Assembly: GCF_006345805.1 (NCBI RefSeq)
Contig: NC_043017.1
Location: 21,266,001 to 21,330,000 of the forward strand
Source: Octopus sinensis
Taxonomy: Eukaryota
Direction of reading: 5' to 3'
Length of the DNA stretch: 64,000 nt
A program made the translations under genes and the position numbers. This document shows, piece by piece, positions 42,666 through 55,645 of this stretch (position 1 is the first letter of the stretch; every line of letters starts with the position of its first letter). The notes beneath the pieces were generated by a model, which was given only the letters and a program-made list of their open reading frames with translations, did no database searches and had not been told where the DNA came from.

Positions 42666-43224
42666 TTAGCCAGCTCGCAATACCAATCCACCTGGCACCA
42701 TTTCTGTTTATATGATAGAAACTTCTGTTTTTAAAGGGATCTAAAGTCATTTTACAAAATTCTTCCTTTTTTTACAAGTAAACTGAAACAAATGCAGTTC
42801 ATTTCAACAAAGATATAGTAAAAAAAGAAAGAAGGGTTAAAAGTAATTTGACTTGACCATGGATACAGACAAGACAAATGTCAAGACAAGAAGAACTAGT
42901 TCCTTGGTTTGCTTGTCTTCTCCGTCTGTTTTTCTCTCTCTCTCTCTTTCCCCCTCTCTCCCTTCCCTCCCCTCCTTCTCTCTCCATTTCCCCATAATCC
43001 TAAGCTTACAGAAAACATTCTGTCGAAGATGAATAAATCCATGCTATTACTTTGTGGTCAGCTGTTGATGTAATAATTGAATTTCTTTTCCAATCAACTT
43101 CGTTCCATCTTCAATTAGACAGTGGTAACATCCATGGCAACAACAACTACAACAACAGTAACTTTATAAAACGAATACAGGAAAAGGGGGGAATATCAAA
43201 ATAAAAAAATGTACAACATTACTA

Positions 43225-43259
<35 letters not shown>

Positions 43260-43388
43260 TCAGACATGCATAAAGACATACATCTATACACTCTTGCCTC
43301 TCCATTTATTCACACACACAGACACACACACACATGAAGCACAGGCATGGCTGTGTGGCTATGACGTTAGCTTTTTCAGTTGCAGGGT

Positions 43389-43617
43389 TTAGCCCTTTAG
43401 TGTTCGCATTATTCTACCAAAATTAATGCTTTTTCATCCACATTGCCTTGAACTAATTATACATTATCTTGTAGCTATGAGATTTTAATGAGGTCGCTGT
43501 TAATTTTTAAAACGATATTGTAGGGTTGGTCTGAGAGACCAGACCTGGCCATTTTGAACATAAAACAGGCAGGATACTTTTGGCTGGATATGGCCGGTTT
43601 AAATGCTAAAGGGTTAG
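43389..43617. mobile_element. piggyBac-type MITE inserted into a SINE head
   Basis: TTAG|CCCTTTAG...CTAAAGGG|TTAG termini. The flanks GGCATGGCTGTGTGG (left) and TCAATCCCACTG (right) are two halves of a family A head. Confidence 0.7.
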
Positions 43618-43787
43618 AGATCAATCCCACTGTATGCCTTGTCAGCTCCTGTCAAAGCACCCAATCAAATACTAATATCGAAAACGGACATTGAAGATGA
43701 TGATGATGAAGCTGAACCTTTGAAATCACTGTCAACCTTTTTGTGACAGTCACATAGCCTGACCAGACAAAACCAGGTAAAAATCTA

Positions 43788-44050
43788 CAGGGTGGCCATT
43801 AAGTCAGGCACCATCCTGCAAGACGTGGAATTGCTAACATTCTCTATTTTTTTTATATCTCTTTTCACAACTGCCGATATTACTCACAAACCAATCCTTA
43901 TTGGATGGAGGCAGATAATCAACAAGGCTGGGGTCAAGGTAATGGTGTGGTGTGGGATTTGGCACAATCAAGTAATTGGACCATATCATAAAAATTCTGT
44001 GTGTGTTGTATTCGATTACTTAATAAATGAAAAAAATGTATGGTAAATAA
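43788..44050 (+). mobile_element. Tc1/mariner (rosa/DD41D-like) remnant
   Basis: TA|CAGGGTGGCCATT terminus followed by KVMVWCGIWHNQVIGPY. Confidence 0.7.
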
Positions 44051-44324
44051 CCAAACGCCATAACATTACTGAGTGTACAACCAGACAAGAGACAAACACA
44101 GAAGGTCCTTAATTCTTTATCAGTTATCAACCAATTGGTAATACACAGTTTAGCATCACTAATGACAAGACTGAGGATTCCCATATTGGTGGTGCTTGCA
44201 AAAATTTTTGGCAGAGAATTCAGGGCCAAGAGCAAACAAAACAAAGCAAAACAACACAGAGTGTGATTTAGGATGGTGGACAAAGACAAGGCTTCTGCAC
44301 ATTTTTGTGTCTTCCTAATTCATT

Positions 44325-44733
44325 AGCGGGATCACTGCCAGAACGGCTGTCTGGCTTCCGTGCCGGTGGCACGTAAAAAGCACCATTTGAGCGTGATTGT
44401 TACCAATGTAGCCTTACTGGCACGTGAACAAAACATTCAAGCGAGGTCATTGCCAGTGCCACTGGACTGACTCCTGTGCAGGTGGCACATAAAAAACACC
44501 ATTTCGAGTGTGGCCGTTGCTAGTACCGCCAAACTGGACCTCGTGCCAGTGGCACGTAAAAGCACCCACTACACACTCAGAGTGGCTGGTGTTAGGTAGG
44601 GCATCCAGCTGTAGAAACTCTGCCAGATCAGATTGGAGCCTGGCACAGCCATCTGGTTCGCCAGTCCTCAGTCAAAATCTCCAACCCATGCTAGCATGGA
44701 AAGCGGACGTTAAATGATGATGATGATGATGAA
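44325..44733 (+). mobile_element. Family F (RTE-type 3' end), sense orientation
   Basis: GGCACGTAAAAGCACC repeats, GGGCATCCAGCTGTAGAAAC, ends GGACGTTAAATGATGATG. Confidence 0.75.
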
Positions 44734-45616
44734 GGTATAGGTCAACTTGGGGATATAGGAGAAAACACTTGTACAAGTTTCTGCACAGTGCAACTGAAAT
44801 GAAAACCACATGGTTTGTGGGATGACAACGAGGTGCCCAGCCTGAGAAGATCTTGACACGCAAGGTGCCCTCCCGGTTCCCTGGTGGACTACGACATGGA
44901 GCGGAGAGATTGTGATCTTTAAGATCAGGGTGGCGTGTGGGATGACGTCAGCCGCTGGGTGCATTGACCGGAAGTTGGAGCAACTGGAAGGGGCAGCCAT
45001 GAGGCGCGCACAGGGAGTGGTGATTTCGGCCTTTCGAACGAGGGTCGTCGAGGTGTTAAGACATGTGAAGACGTTGCTAAGGTTGGGTGAAGCAGCTGCT
45101 ATCTTTAGCATTCGGGTCGGGGCTGTGACGAAGTATCCGTTACCACTGAAGGGTCTCTATCAGAGCGAAGAGAAGGTAGGTGCCTTTATATTCGAATCTC
45201 GCACACACTACATGGTTGCAGATAAAGCTTCTTAACCACACAACAACGCCTGCACTTAGACAAAACGAGGCCTAGTCCAGAGCAAAATTGAACCAAACTG
45301 AACCAAATTAAATCTATATAACTTAGCACAAAACATCCGTATTGTCAATTGGTGTAACTGCTGTTGTATGTGTGTGTGTATGTGTGTGTGTATGTCTGTG
45401 TGATGATTTTATGCATGGATGACAGCCAATTTATGAGAGCTTATTCAAGGAGAACTTATCTTTGTGAAATAAACACCCCTATAGTCATATAATCAGATAG
45501 CAACACCAGACAAAACGAAGCCTAGTCCAGAGCAAAACTGAACCAAATTGATTTATATAATGTAGCACAAAATATCCATATTGTCGTTCTGTGAAAAAAA
45601 CTGCTGTTGTATCTAT

Positions 45617-46229
45617 GTGTGTGTGTGTGTGTGTTGATTTTATGCATGACTGACAGCCAATCTATGAGAGTTTATTGAAAGAGAACTTATCTTTGTGCAA
45701 TAAATACCCATATTGTCATAAAGCCAGATAGCCAGACCAAACGAAACAAGGTTCTTGTCCCAGGCAAAGCCAAACCTAACCAAAGTGAATCAAACCTAAC
45801 CAAACCAAACCAAACCAAACCAAACCAAACCGAACCGAACCGAACTGAATTGACCTAAATAACCCACCAGTGAAATTCCCGTGTGTGTGTAGTTCCATGT
45901 AGCTACTACTGCTACAGTGTGTGTGTGTGTGTGTTGATTTTATGCATGACTGACAGCCAATCTATGAGAGTTTATTGAAAGAGAACTTATCTTTGTGCAA
46001 TAAATACCCATATTGTCATAAAGCCAGATAGCCAGACCAAACGAAACAAGGTTCTTGTCCCAGGCAAAGCCAAACCTAACCAAAGTGAATCAAACCTAAC
46101 CAAACCAAACCAAACCAAACCAAACCAAACCGAACCGAACCAAACTGAATTGACCTAAATAACCCACCAGTGAAATTCCCGTGTGTGTGTAGTTCCATGT
46201 AGCTACTACTGCTACAGTGTGTGTGTGTG
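45617..46229. repeat. Near-perfect 300-bp-period tandem duplication
   Basis: 45617-45929 equals 45917-46229 except 45842 G / 46142 A. Older related units lie at ~45270-45610. Confidence 0.95.
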
Positions 46230-46467
46230 ATTTTACGCATGATTGATAACCAATCAATAAGAGTTTATTCAAGTAACATCATGCTTGGTTTCTCCGTTTC
46301 CATAATAAGTCTGCACCCACCCCCAGGCCCCCAACCCCCGTGCACCTATCTTGCTCTGTATTCTACAATAAAGAATTTCATGATTATGAAGATGGTTTAT
46401 CAGAAAATTAAATTTTCTTTTATGTTTCAGAAATGAGCTTTGAAAGACACTAACATATGCACACACA

Positions 46468-46543
<76 letters not shown>

Positions 46544-47984
46544 AACACACATGTATATATGTACACATTAAGGGTAGGGTGAGAGAGATGTTACATTTTG
46601 TAAAACTGATCGTATACATACAAACCCAGTGTGTATAAATATATGTATATATATATATATATTTGTGTGTGTGTATGTGTATGCATGCATGCGTGTGTAA
46701 GCATGCATAACTGTACAGGTTTGTGCATGGGTGTGTGTTTATTTATGCATGTGTGTATGTATATATTTATGTGTGTATATACACACATGTATTTCTGTGT
46801 GTATGTGTGTGCACGGGCACCTAGACTCTATGTGCTTATACACAGGTATATACATGTGCAAACTATATACACACAATCATATATATATATATAAATATAT
46901 ATGAATATATACACATACATATATATGTATATATATACATATACACACATATATGTATATATATCCACACATATGAATATATATACATACATACATATAT
47001 ATATATGCATGAACAGATATATATGAATATATATACCCACATATACATATATATACATACATATATATACACATACATTTACATATATATACATATATTT
47101 ACATAAATACACACACACGCACATATACACACACATACACATAACATGCATACACACACGCATATATTCCTGCAAAAATATAAACATTATATATATGGGA
47201 AGATTATTACATGTGTTAAGATGCATAGGTGTACATATGTATGTATGTACGTATGTATGTATGTATGCATGTTTATCTGTGAGTGTATGTGTTCGGTCTG
47301 TATGTCATACATATAACCACATACGTATACCACAATTAAAATATTTTTCCAGTTGATATGGAAATTTGAAGTTATAAAATGGCGTATTTGATATCACGGT
47401 TGTGATGGTGGTGGTGGTGGTGGTGGTGGTGGCGGCGGTAATGGTGTTACCTGCATTTCCCCCCCCCCCCCCACACACACACATATGCAAGCACCTGCCT
47501 CACCTCACACCGCACATCCGCACACCTCACACAAACAGTTAATTATCTCTTTTGTAAGTTTAAGAGGAACTCGGATGAATCCTTCTCTCCTCTCCCCTCT
47601 CACTCTCTCTTTCCCTCCCCCCCAGCCTACTCTTTCGCCACCACATGTTCAGACACATTATTCTTCTTCGTCACCTCCTCTCCACTCCCCTCCCCCCCTC
47701 CATGCCATCATGTTCTTCTCTAAAATAGTATTTTAATACGCTGCAGATAACTTTTGAATCAATGATGAGTCGTTTTATCTTCCCTTATTACATCAAACAC
47801 AAAAGCTGGGCAGCCAAATGCGTCCCTATGAAGTTGCTCAATCTGCTAGAAATAACAACCAAATCGCCCACATCGTTCACACACTATCTGCTTCAAAGAG
47901 CATGTGTAAGATAATTTAGTCGTTCAGTTCGATATGTGATTGCTTTTTTATACACGACTTGACATAAAGATTAACAATGTGTGT

Positions 47985-48475
47985 TCGTGTGTGTGTATGT
48001 GTGTGTGAGTGTGTATGGCTGTGCATGTGTGTATATGTGTGTGTGTATGGCTGTGCATGTGTGTGTATTGCTGTGCATGTGTGTATGTGTGTGTATGTGT
48101 GTGAATGTGTATGGCTGTGAATATGTGTGTGTGGTGAGTGTGTATGGCTGTGCATGTGTGTATATGTGTGTGTGTGAGTGTGTATGGCTGTGCATGTGTG
48201 TATATGTGTGTGTGTATGGCTGTGCATGTGTGTGTATTGCTGTGCATGTGTGTATGTGTGTGTATGTGTGTGAATGTGTATGGCTGTGAATATGTGTGTG
48301 TGTGAGTGTGTATGGCTGTGAATATGTGTGTGTGTGAGTGTGTATGGCTGTGAATATGTGTGTGTGTGAGTGTGTATGGCTGTGAATATGTGTGTGTGTG
48401 AGTATGTATGGCTGTGAATATGTGTGTGTGTGAGTGTGTACAGCTGTGAATATGTGTGTGTGTGAGTATGTATGG
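47985..48475. repeat. ~30-bp minisatellite GTGTATGGCTGTGAATATGTGTGTGTGTGA
   Basis: Direct reading, more than 12 units with variants. Confidence 0.9.
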
Positions 48476-48967
48476 CCTGCTCATGTGCAAGTGGCTGAGA
48501 GCTCCACAGACACGTGTACCCTTAATATAGTTCTAAGGAAGATGTAGCATGACACAGAATGTGACAAGGCTGGCCCCCTCTGAATTACAGGTACAACTCA
48601 GTTTTGCCAGTTGAGTGGACTGGAGCAACGTGAAATAAAGTGTCTTGCTCAAGGATACAATGCAGCTTTGAGAATTGAACTCACGACCTTACAATTGCGA
48701 GCCAAATATCTTAACCACTGAGCCATGTGTCTTCAGGACAGAAAACAGACATAAAATAAATAAACATTCACACACACACACACACCACAAATATGGAAGG
48801 AAGGAAGGAAGGAAAGAGAGCAAATGAATGTGAGAGACAGTGATTCAATACAAGTGGAATGTCTACAGTTAGAAGGGTTGAGAGAAGAATCTCAGTGTGA
48901 CAACAGTAAAACATGAAGATGTACCTGCGTTGCTACACAGGGATTATATAAAAGGCAGTACAGTGTT

Positions 48968-49268
48968 GGTGGAGGCACATGACCTAGCGGTTAGAGCAGC
49001 GGACTCGCGGTCGAGGGATCGTGGGTTCGAATCGCAGACCGGGTGTTGTGTGTGTTTATGAGCGAAACACCTAAGCTCCCCCGGCTCTGGCAGAAGGTAA
49101 TGGCGAACTTCTGCTGACTCTTTCGCCACAACTTTCTCTCACTCTTTCCTCCTGCATCTTTCAGCTCACCTGCAACAGACCGGTGTCCCATTCAGGTGGG
49201 GAATCTATATGCCAAGAAACCGGGAAACCGGCCCTTATGAGCCAGGCATGGCTCGAGAAGGAACAAAA
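48968..49268 (+). mobile_element. SINE family D-related copy
   Basis: GGAGGCACATGACCTAGCGGTTAG, GGTTCGAATC B box; tail related to the 99-420 element. Confidence 0.8.
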
Positions 49269-49521
49269 AAGCATAGTGTTACTTAACAGGGGTGGAATGT
49301 TCTTTGTGTTTCTCTATTTCTTGCTTTAGAATAAGAATTCTATGATTAGCTTGTTAGGAAATCTCTATAAGAGATGAAAGCAGTAATTATACTAGAGTGA
49401 ACGACTGTTATTTCTAGCAGGTGAATATCCACCACTGAGGGTGACTACAAAGAGCTCAAAACCTTACAGACTGGTGGTCACATGGCTGTTGGTAGGAGTT
49501 CATTCCCCTGCTTGCATTATA

Positions 49522-49754
49522 AAGGGTGTTCAAAAAGTCTCTCTGCAGTAAGTATTTCAGTGCAAAATATTTATAAGATGGTATAAGACTACAAGAGAAT
49601 ATTTTCGTCTTTATAAGACTTTAAAGAATTTATAAGAGGTGTTGAAAGTATCGTCCATCATTTTCAATTCATAAAAATTTAATCTCTTTTTTACTACCGT
49701 GTGAGCACTTCCTAGGCACTTCCTTCATTGCGGAGAGACATTTTGAACACCCTG
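49522..49754. mobile_element. Tc1/mariner MITE
   Basis: TA|AAGGGTGTTCAAAAAGTCTCTCTGCAG and TTGCGGAGAGACATTTTGAACACCCTG|TA form ~30-bp TIRs with TA flanks. Confidence 0.85.
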
Positions 49755-49947
49755 TACATCGGGTGCAGATTGCATTGAATAACCAGCTGGAGGTGACGTC
49801 CTACTGGGGTTAAAATGTCTGTAACATTGGCTTCTATGGATTGCCATATTTGAGTGGTGATAACCATCAATTCTATGATTCTATGTTCTTTTAAACTGAT
49901 TCTTTCTATAATAAAACAATTATTCTTAATTTCAGATATTTTATCGT

Positions 49948-50262
49948 ATGGCTGACAATTTGACCAATGATGAACAAATGTGAGTCATCATGCAATTCTG
50001 GAAAACAGAGAATATAGAAATGGTCGGACAGAAAAGGACAGAAGAATTTCAAAGATCAGCTCTGTCAAGGTTAACAGTTAATAGAATACGTGACAAATTT
50101 AAGAGCAAACTGGGTTAATCTGTAATGCACAGGAAAGTGGTCAACTGGTCAGTGATACCACTAAAGAAAACGAGATGCCTGTGGCTCAAGTATCTGCTCA
50201 AATTCCCCAGAAATCAAAAGAGACGGATTCCAATGAAATAGACATCTCCCACAGACCCCTAA
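49948..50262 (+). pseudogene. Tc1/mariner transposase N-terminal HTH remnant (DD41D-type)
   Basis: MADNLTNDEQM*VIMQFWKTEN...SRLTVNRIRDKF-(fs)-TGLICNAQESGQ...ENE...PQKS. Confidence 0.75.
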
Positions 50263-51745
50263 ATTGATTTATGAATTGTTCGGGTTTAAAAATGAATTAA
50301 AGAAATGATAAGAACATTCCTCTCCCATCATCATCATCATCATCATCATCGTTTAACGTCCGCTTTCCATGTTAGCATGGGTTGGATGGTTCAACTGGGG
50401 TCTGAGAAGCCAGAAGGCTGCACCAAGCCCAGTCTGATCTGGCAGTGTTTCTACAGCTGGATGCCCTTCCTTACGCCAACCACTCCATGAGTGTAGTGGG
50501 TGCTTTTATGTGCCACCAGCACTGGTGCCAGACGAGGCTGGCAACAGCAATGATCGGATGGTGCTTTTTACGTGCCACCAGCACGGAAGCCAATTTTGGC
50601 ACAAGGCCAGCAATTTCGGAGGAGGGTTATAAGTCAGTCACATCGACCCCAGTGTTCAACTGGTACTTATTTCATCAACCCCACCCCCACCAAAAGAATA
50701 AATGGCAAAGTCAACCTCAGCAGCATTTGACTCAGAACACAAAGACAGATAAAATGCCCCTGAGTATTTTGCCAGACACACTAACGAGTCTGCCAGCTCG
50801 CTGTCTTAGCGATTTCACCCATATTAAGTAACTGTATACCTACTTTTGCCCACCGCCTCTGAATATACGTATATACGCATGTATGAAAGGGTGTATTTAT
50901 GCATACATGTATGTATGTATGTGAGCATATAAGTATTATAGATGTCTGCAATCATGTATAATGGATGTTAGGCCTGATCTAATCTAACTCAGGAAGACAC
51001 AGGAACAATAACAGAAAGAGAATTCTATAGAAAGAAATCCGTCTTCATGAAAGTGTGTGTGTGTGTGTATAGGTGTGTGTGTATATGTATCTGGATATGT
51101 TTGTATTGTATATGTGTGTGTGTGTGTCTATGCACACAAAGGTCATTTCTGTCTCAGATTTATGTGTCTGTGTGAGTGCATGTGTGTGTGTTGTGTGAGT
51201 GTGTATGTGTGTGTGAGTGTATTATGTGTGTGTCTGTGTTGTGTGAGTGTGTTATGTGTGTGTGTTATGTGTGAGTATGTGTGTGTTGTGGATTCTGTGT
51301 GTATGTTGTGTGTGTGCATGTTATGTGTGTGCGTATGTGTGTGTATTATGCATGTGTTTGTATTGTGTGTGTGTGTGTGCTATATGTGTGTATGCGTGTG
51401 TGTGTTGTGTGTGTTATGTGTGTGTTGTGTATGTGTGTTATATAAGTGTGTTGTGTGTGTGTGTGTGTGCATGTTATGTGTATGTATATTATGTGTGTAT
51501 GTATATGTACTAATGTGTATGCAAATACATGTTATTTTGTCCCCTTGTATGCCTATATGCATTGTGTGTGTGTGTGTGTGTGAGTGTATATGTATATTCA
51601 TGTGTTTATACACATACATCTGTATGCATGTGTGTATGTACATATATATATAAGCATGTTTGTAATATATGTGTATGTATGTACATTATATCTGTACGTA
51701 CATATGTATGTGTGCGTTTGTAAGTACAAAGGTGTTTATATACAT

Positions 51746-51779
<34 letters not shown>

Positions 51780-52773
51780 TCATGTATGTATGTGTGTAAA
51801 TTCATACGTGTGTATGTGTGAGTGTGTTCGTAAGTATAAAGGTGTATATATATATATATATATATATTCATGTATGCATGTGTGTAAGTACATATATGTG
51901 TGTGTGTATGTGTGTGTGTGTGTGTGTGTGTCTGACACACTCTCAAGTAAAAGAATGGTTATTTAAATATTTGCAAGAGCGGCATACATGTTGTTGTTGT
52001 TACTGCTGTTGTTGTTGTTGTTGTTGGCACTATCATCAAGAGACATTCTTTGACGTGTTTCTTTCCACTAAACAGGAAGATTCTAATTTCCTAAGCACTT
52101 CTCAGCGCCACCGTATCTATTATGTGGAAATTCTTCTGAAGGAATCGGTTAATCTTCTAACTCAGCGGCAAGCAGAAGCATTCACAGGATGAACATTTCT
52201 CAGTGGGAAATCTTCCTACGATGATGTACCAAAGAAAGGAACCGAGAAAAACTACTACAACAACCACTACAAAAAACACTAATACTGGTTTCATGCTTTG
52301 ATACAAAGCCAGCAATTTTAGGGAAGGGCTAAGTCAATTACATTGACCCCAGTGTTTAACTGGTACTTATTTCCTCGACCACCAAAGGACAAAAGGCAAA
52401 GTCAACCCTAACAGGATTTGAACTCAGAACACAAAGATAGAGAAAATGCCACTAAGTATTTTTCCCAGCATGCTATCGACTCTGCCAGCTTGCAGAAAAG
52501 AATGGATTGAGTACATTTTATGTGGCACCAGCGCAGGTGAGGTCAGCTTTGGCATGGTTTTTATACCTGGATGACCTTCATATATATATATACATATATA
52601 TATATATAGATAGATATATATATATATATATATACACATTATATATACATGTATATGTGTATACATATGCATATATATATATATACACACACACATATAT
52701 ATATATAGAGAGAGAGGAGAGAGAGAGATATATAGACAAACACATGTACACAAATATATTTACTGATATATAT

Positions 52774-52823
<50 letters not shown>

Positions 52824-53002
52824 TCTAATTATACATATATATGTGTATATATATATATATATATTATATATATATATTATACGTACATATGTATTCTCTA
52901 TATATATGTGTGTATATATATATTATATCATATATATATATATACTATATATCATATATATAATATATATATATAATATATATATATATATATCATATAT
53001 AT

Positions 53003-53047
<45 letters not shown>

Positions 53048-53559
53048 TATATATCATATATAATAATATATATATATATATATATAATATATATATATAT
53101 ATATAGGTAGATAGATAGATAGATAGATATACACATACAAACAAAGCACACATTCAGACATGTACACTTGCACACACATACCCTCTCACATATACACACA
53201 TAAGCAAGGTCTTTATATCTCAACCAGCATATCCTTTAACAATTAGAATTAAAAGGAAATAAAACCACAAGGATTATAAAGTAATACATCATTACAGTTC
53301 ATACGTTTCCCTGTCATCTTTGACTGGAATCAACGAAGGATAGAACGATGTGGCCGGTTCTGCTATTTCCATATTTATAATCCAGTTCCACAAAGGGTGG
53401 AGTGGCCATTTAGAAGACATTAAATTTAAAAGCTGCCAGTCTGTTCGAAGACGGTAATTACACTATACAAGAAATTATTGTTGTCAGTTGTTGCGGAATT
53501 ATTAATCACACACACACACACATGTATATGTCTAGCAATGGTGGATATATGTACACGTG

Positions 53560-53593
<34 letters not shown>

Positions 53594-53594
53594 A

Positions 53595-53659
<65 letters not shown>

Positions 53660-53799
53660 ATATATATATATATTATATATATATATGTGTGTGTGTATAT
53701 ATGTATGTATGTATGTAAGCATATAATATATATATATCTATGTATGTAAATATATATATACATATATATATATATATCTATGTATATCTGTATGCATGC

Positions 53800-53832
<33 letters not shown>

Positions 53833-53842
53833 AGTGTGTGTA

Positions 53843-54480
53843 CAGGGTTATTGAAAAGTAATTTCCTATTTTAAAATGCTTATAATTTATTTATTAACTA
53901 TAATTTTTTTCTCAAATTTGATGTGCAGGTTCTTTAATATATAGGAATTGATTCTATGTTGTCTTTTTCTTGTCAGATCGATTATTTTGTCTGATCTCTT
54001 TAAAAATATCCTCTGGAGTGATGAAGCAATATTCCACATCAGTGGGTTTGTGAACAGTCACAACTGCCAGTGCTGGGCAGGAGAAGATCCTTTTATTACC
54101 TCTGAATAGATGCAGAATTGATCCAAGGTAATGCTATGGTATGGAATGACTTCAGACAGGATTGGGAATCCTTTCATCCTTTGCAATACCATGAATACTG
54201 AAAGGGATCTCACCAAGCTGCAAGATGAAATCTGGCCAGTTATCAGTACTTGCAAGAATACTAAAGATGGCACTCCTCCACATTTTGCTATTGTTGTTCG
54301 TGAATGGCTGAATACCCGCTTCCCTGAGAGATGGATGGGTCATCAAGGCCCGCATGATTGGCTGGCCAGAAGCCCTGATTTAACACCTAGTGATTTTTTC
54401 TTTGGGGTTGGTTGAAGGAGCAAGTCTACTCTACCAAACCAACAACTTTGGAAGAATTTGAAGGGTGAATACAAGAAGTT
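53843..54480 (+). mobile_element. Internally deleted DD41D (rosa/Visitor) Tc1/mariner element
   Basis: TA|CAGGGT start; ILWSDEAIFHISGFVNSHNC (D1) at 54008; DGTPPH (D2 at 54266) and SPDLTPSD (D3 at 54392) with 41 residues between; KEQVYSTKPTTLEE follows. Confidence 0.9.
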
Positions 54481-54509
54481 ATGTCTTCCTTCCCCTTTTA
54501 TACAGATTA

Positions 54510-54552
<43 letters not shown>

Positions 54553-55339
54553 AAGAGAGACAGACAGACAGATAGACAGACAATCAGACAGACAGAGGAG
54601 AGAGAGACGCAAATTCTCTTGGTCTATGCCAGATCACTCATGGATACCGACACCAAGTTGATAGCATATTGTGTCACATGACACTATGCCACATCAAAGC
54701 ACTCTGTGCCATGCTACACAACACTGTGTCACACCACAATGCACCAATCTGTGCCATGGAAGATAACCCAAATTCCACGTTAACACCTTTAACCACTGCC
54801 ATCAGATCCTACCCAACCATCCAATCGCTCCACTGTGTTTATTAGATATTTAGCTTACCACACACATACGACTTTGCCAAACTTTACTTCACCCTCTAAA
54901 CACCAAACCCCATCCCCACACCTCATCCTCCTTCCCTTCGCCATCACAGTGTCATCCAACGCCCAGCATCCAGCACCAATGCCATCCACCTTTCGTCGGT
55001 GGCATCGATTCTAAGAATCCTCCAGCTGTGATTGACACTTGGCTAACAATTCCAACATAACAATCGGAAGCAATTAATTTGGATTAAATGATTTACTGAC
55101 GAAGATTCGTTCACTGACAAATGCAACTTGACTTGCAAAGCGTTTCTGCATTTGGAATGCATGTTGGTGTGCAGTCGTTGTTTTATAGTGCATTTATGCA
55201 GTATTTTATTTTTTACTGAATTGCCTCCTGCTGCAACTCTTGCTCATTACACTTTCAGTTTATTAATCATTATGCAATAACGTGCTCCTTTATATATATA
55301 TATATTACGTTATATGTAATCAAACAAGTTTGTTTTTGA

Positions 55340-55645
55340 AGTGCTGAAATGTATTGTAGAGATGGGGAATTATGTACATTATTTACATTCAACAGATATG
55401 TGTCCTCATCTTGTTTGTTGTTAACACAAAGTTTCGGCTGATATACCCTCCAGCTTTCATCAGGTGTCTTTGGGAAATTTTGAACCTGGGTTCTCATTCC
55501 TAAGGTATTTTTCAATGTTGTTGTTATTATTATTATTATTATTATTGTTGTTGTTGTTGTTATTGTTCAGGTCACTGCTTGAAATCGAACTTGGAATCTT
55601 GGGGTTAGTAGCCCGTGCTCTTAACCATTTCGCCATATGCCAGTG
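55340..55645 (-). mobile_element. tRNA-headed SINE-like element carrying a hammerhead-like motif
   Basis: Head 55645-55568 with A box TGGCGAAATGG and B box AGTTCGATT; (AAT/AAC)n spacer; hammerhead-like motif at 55467-55424. Confidence 0.7.
55424..55467 (-). ncRNA. Minimal type-I hammerhead ribozyme-like motif (mutated copy)
   Basis: ACAC CTGATGA A AGCTG GAGGGTATAT CAGCC GAAAC TTT GTGT: stem I ACAC/GTGT, canonical core, stem II GCTG/CAGC. Two substitutions away from a fully canonical fold. Confidence 0.65.

Noticed and set aside
47985-48475. CRISPR-like ~30-bp repeats
   Set aside because: The units are contiguous with no unique spacers, in a eukaryotic context; this is a minisatellite.
55096-55125. 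CTGACGAAG hammerhead-core start
   Set aside because: No stem II or GAAA follows.
55568-55645. tRNA gene
   Set aside because: A and B boxes are present, but the acceptor stem does not pair and it runs into a repeat body, so it is a SINE-type head.
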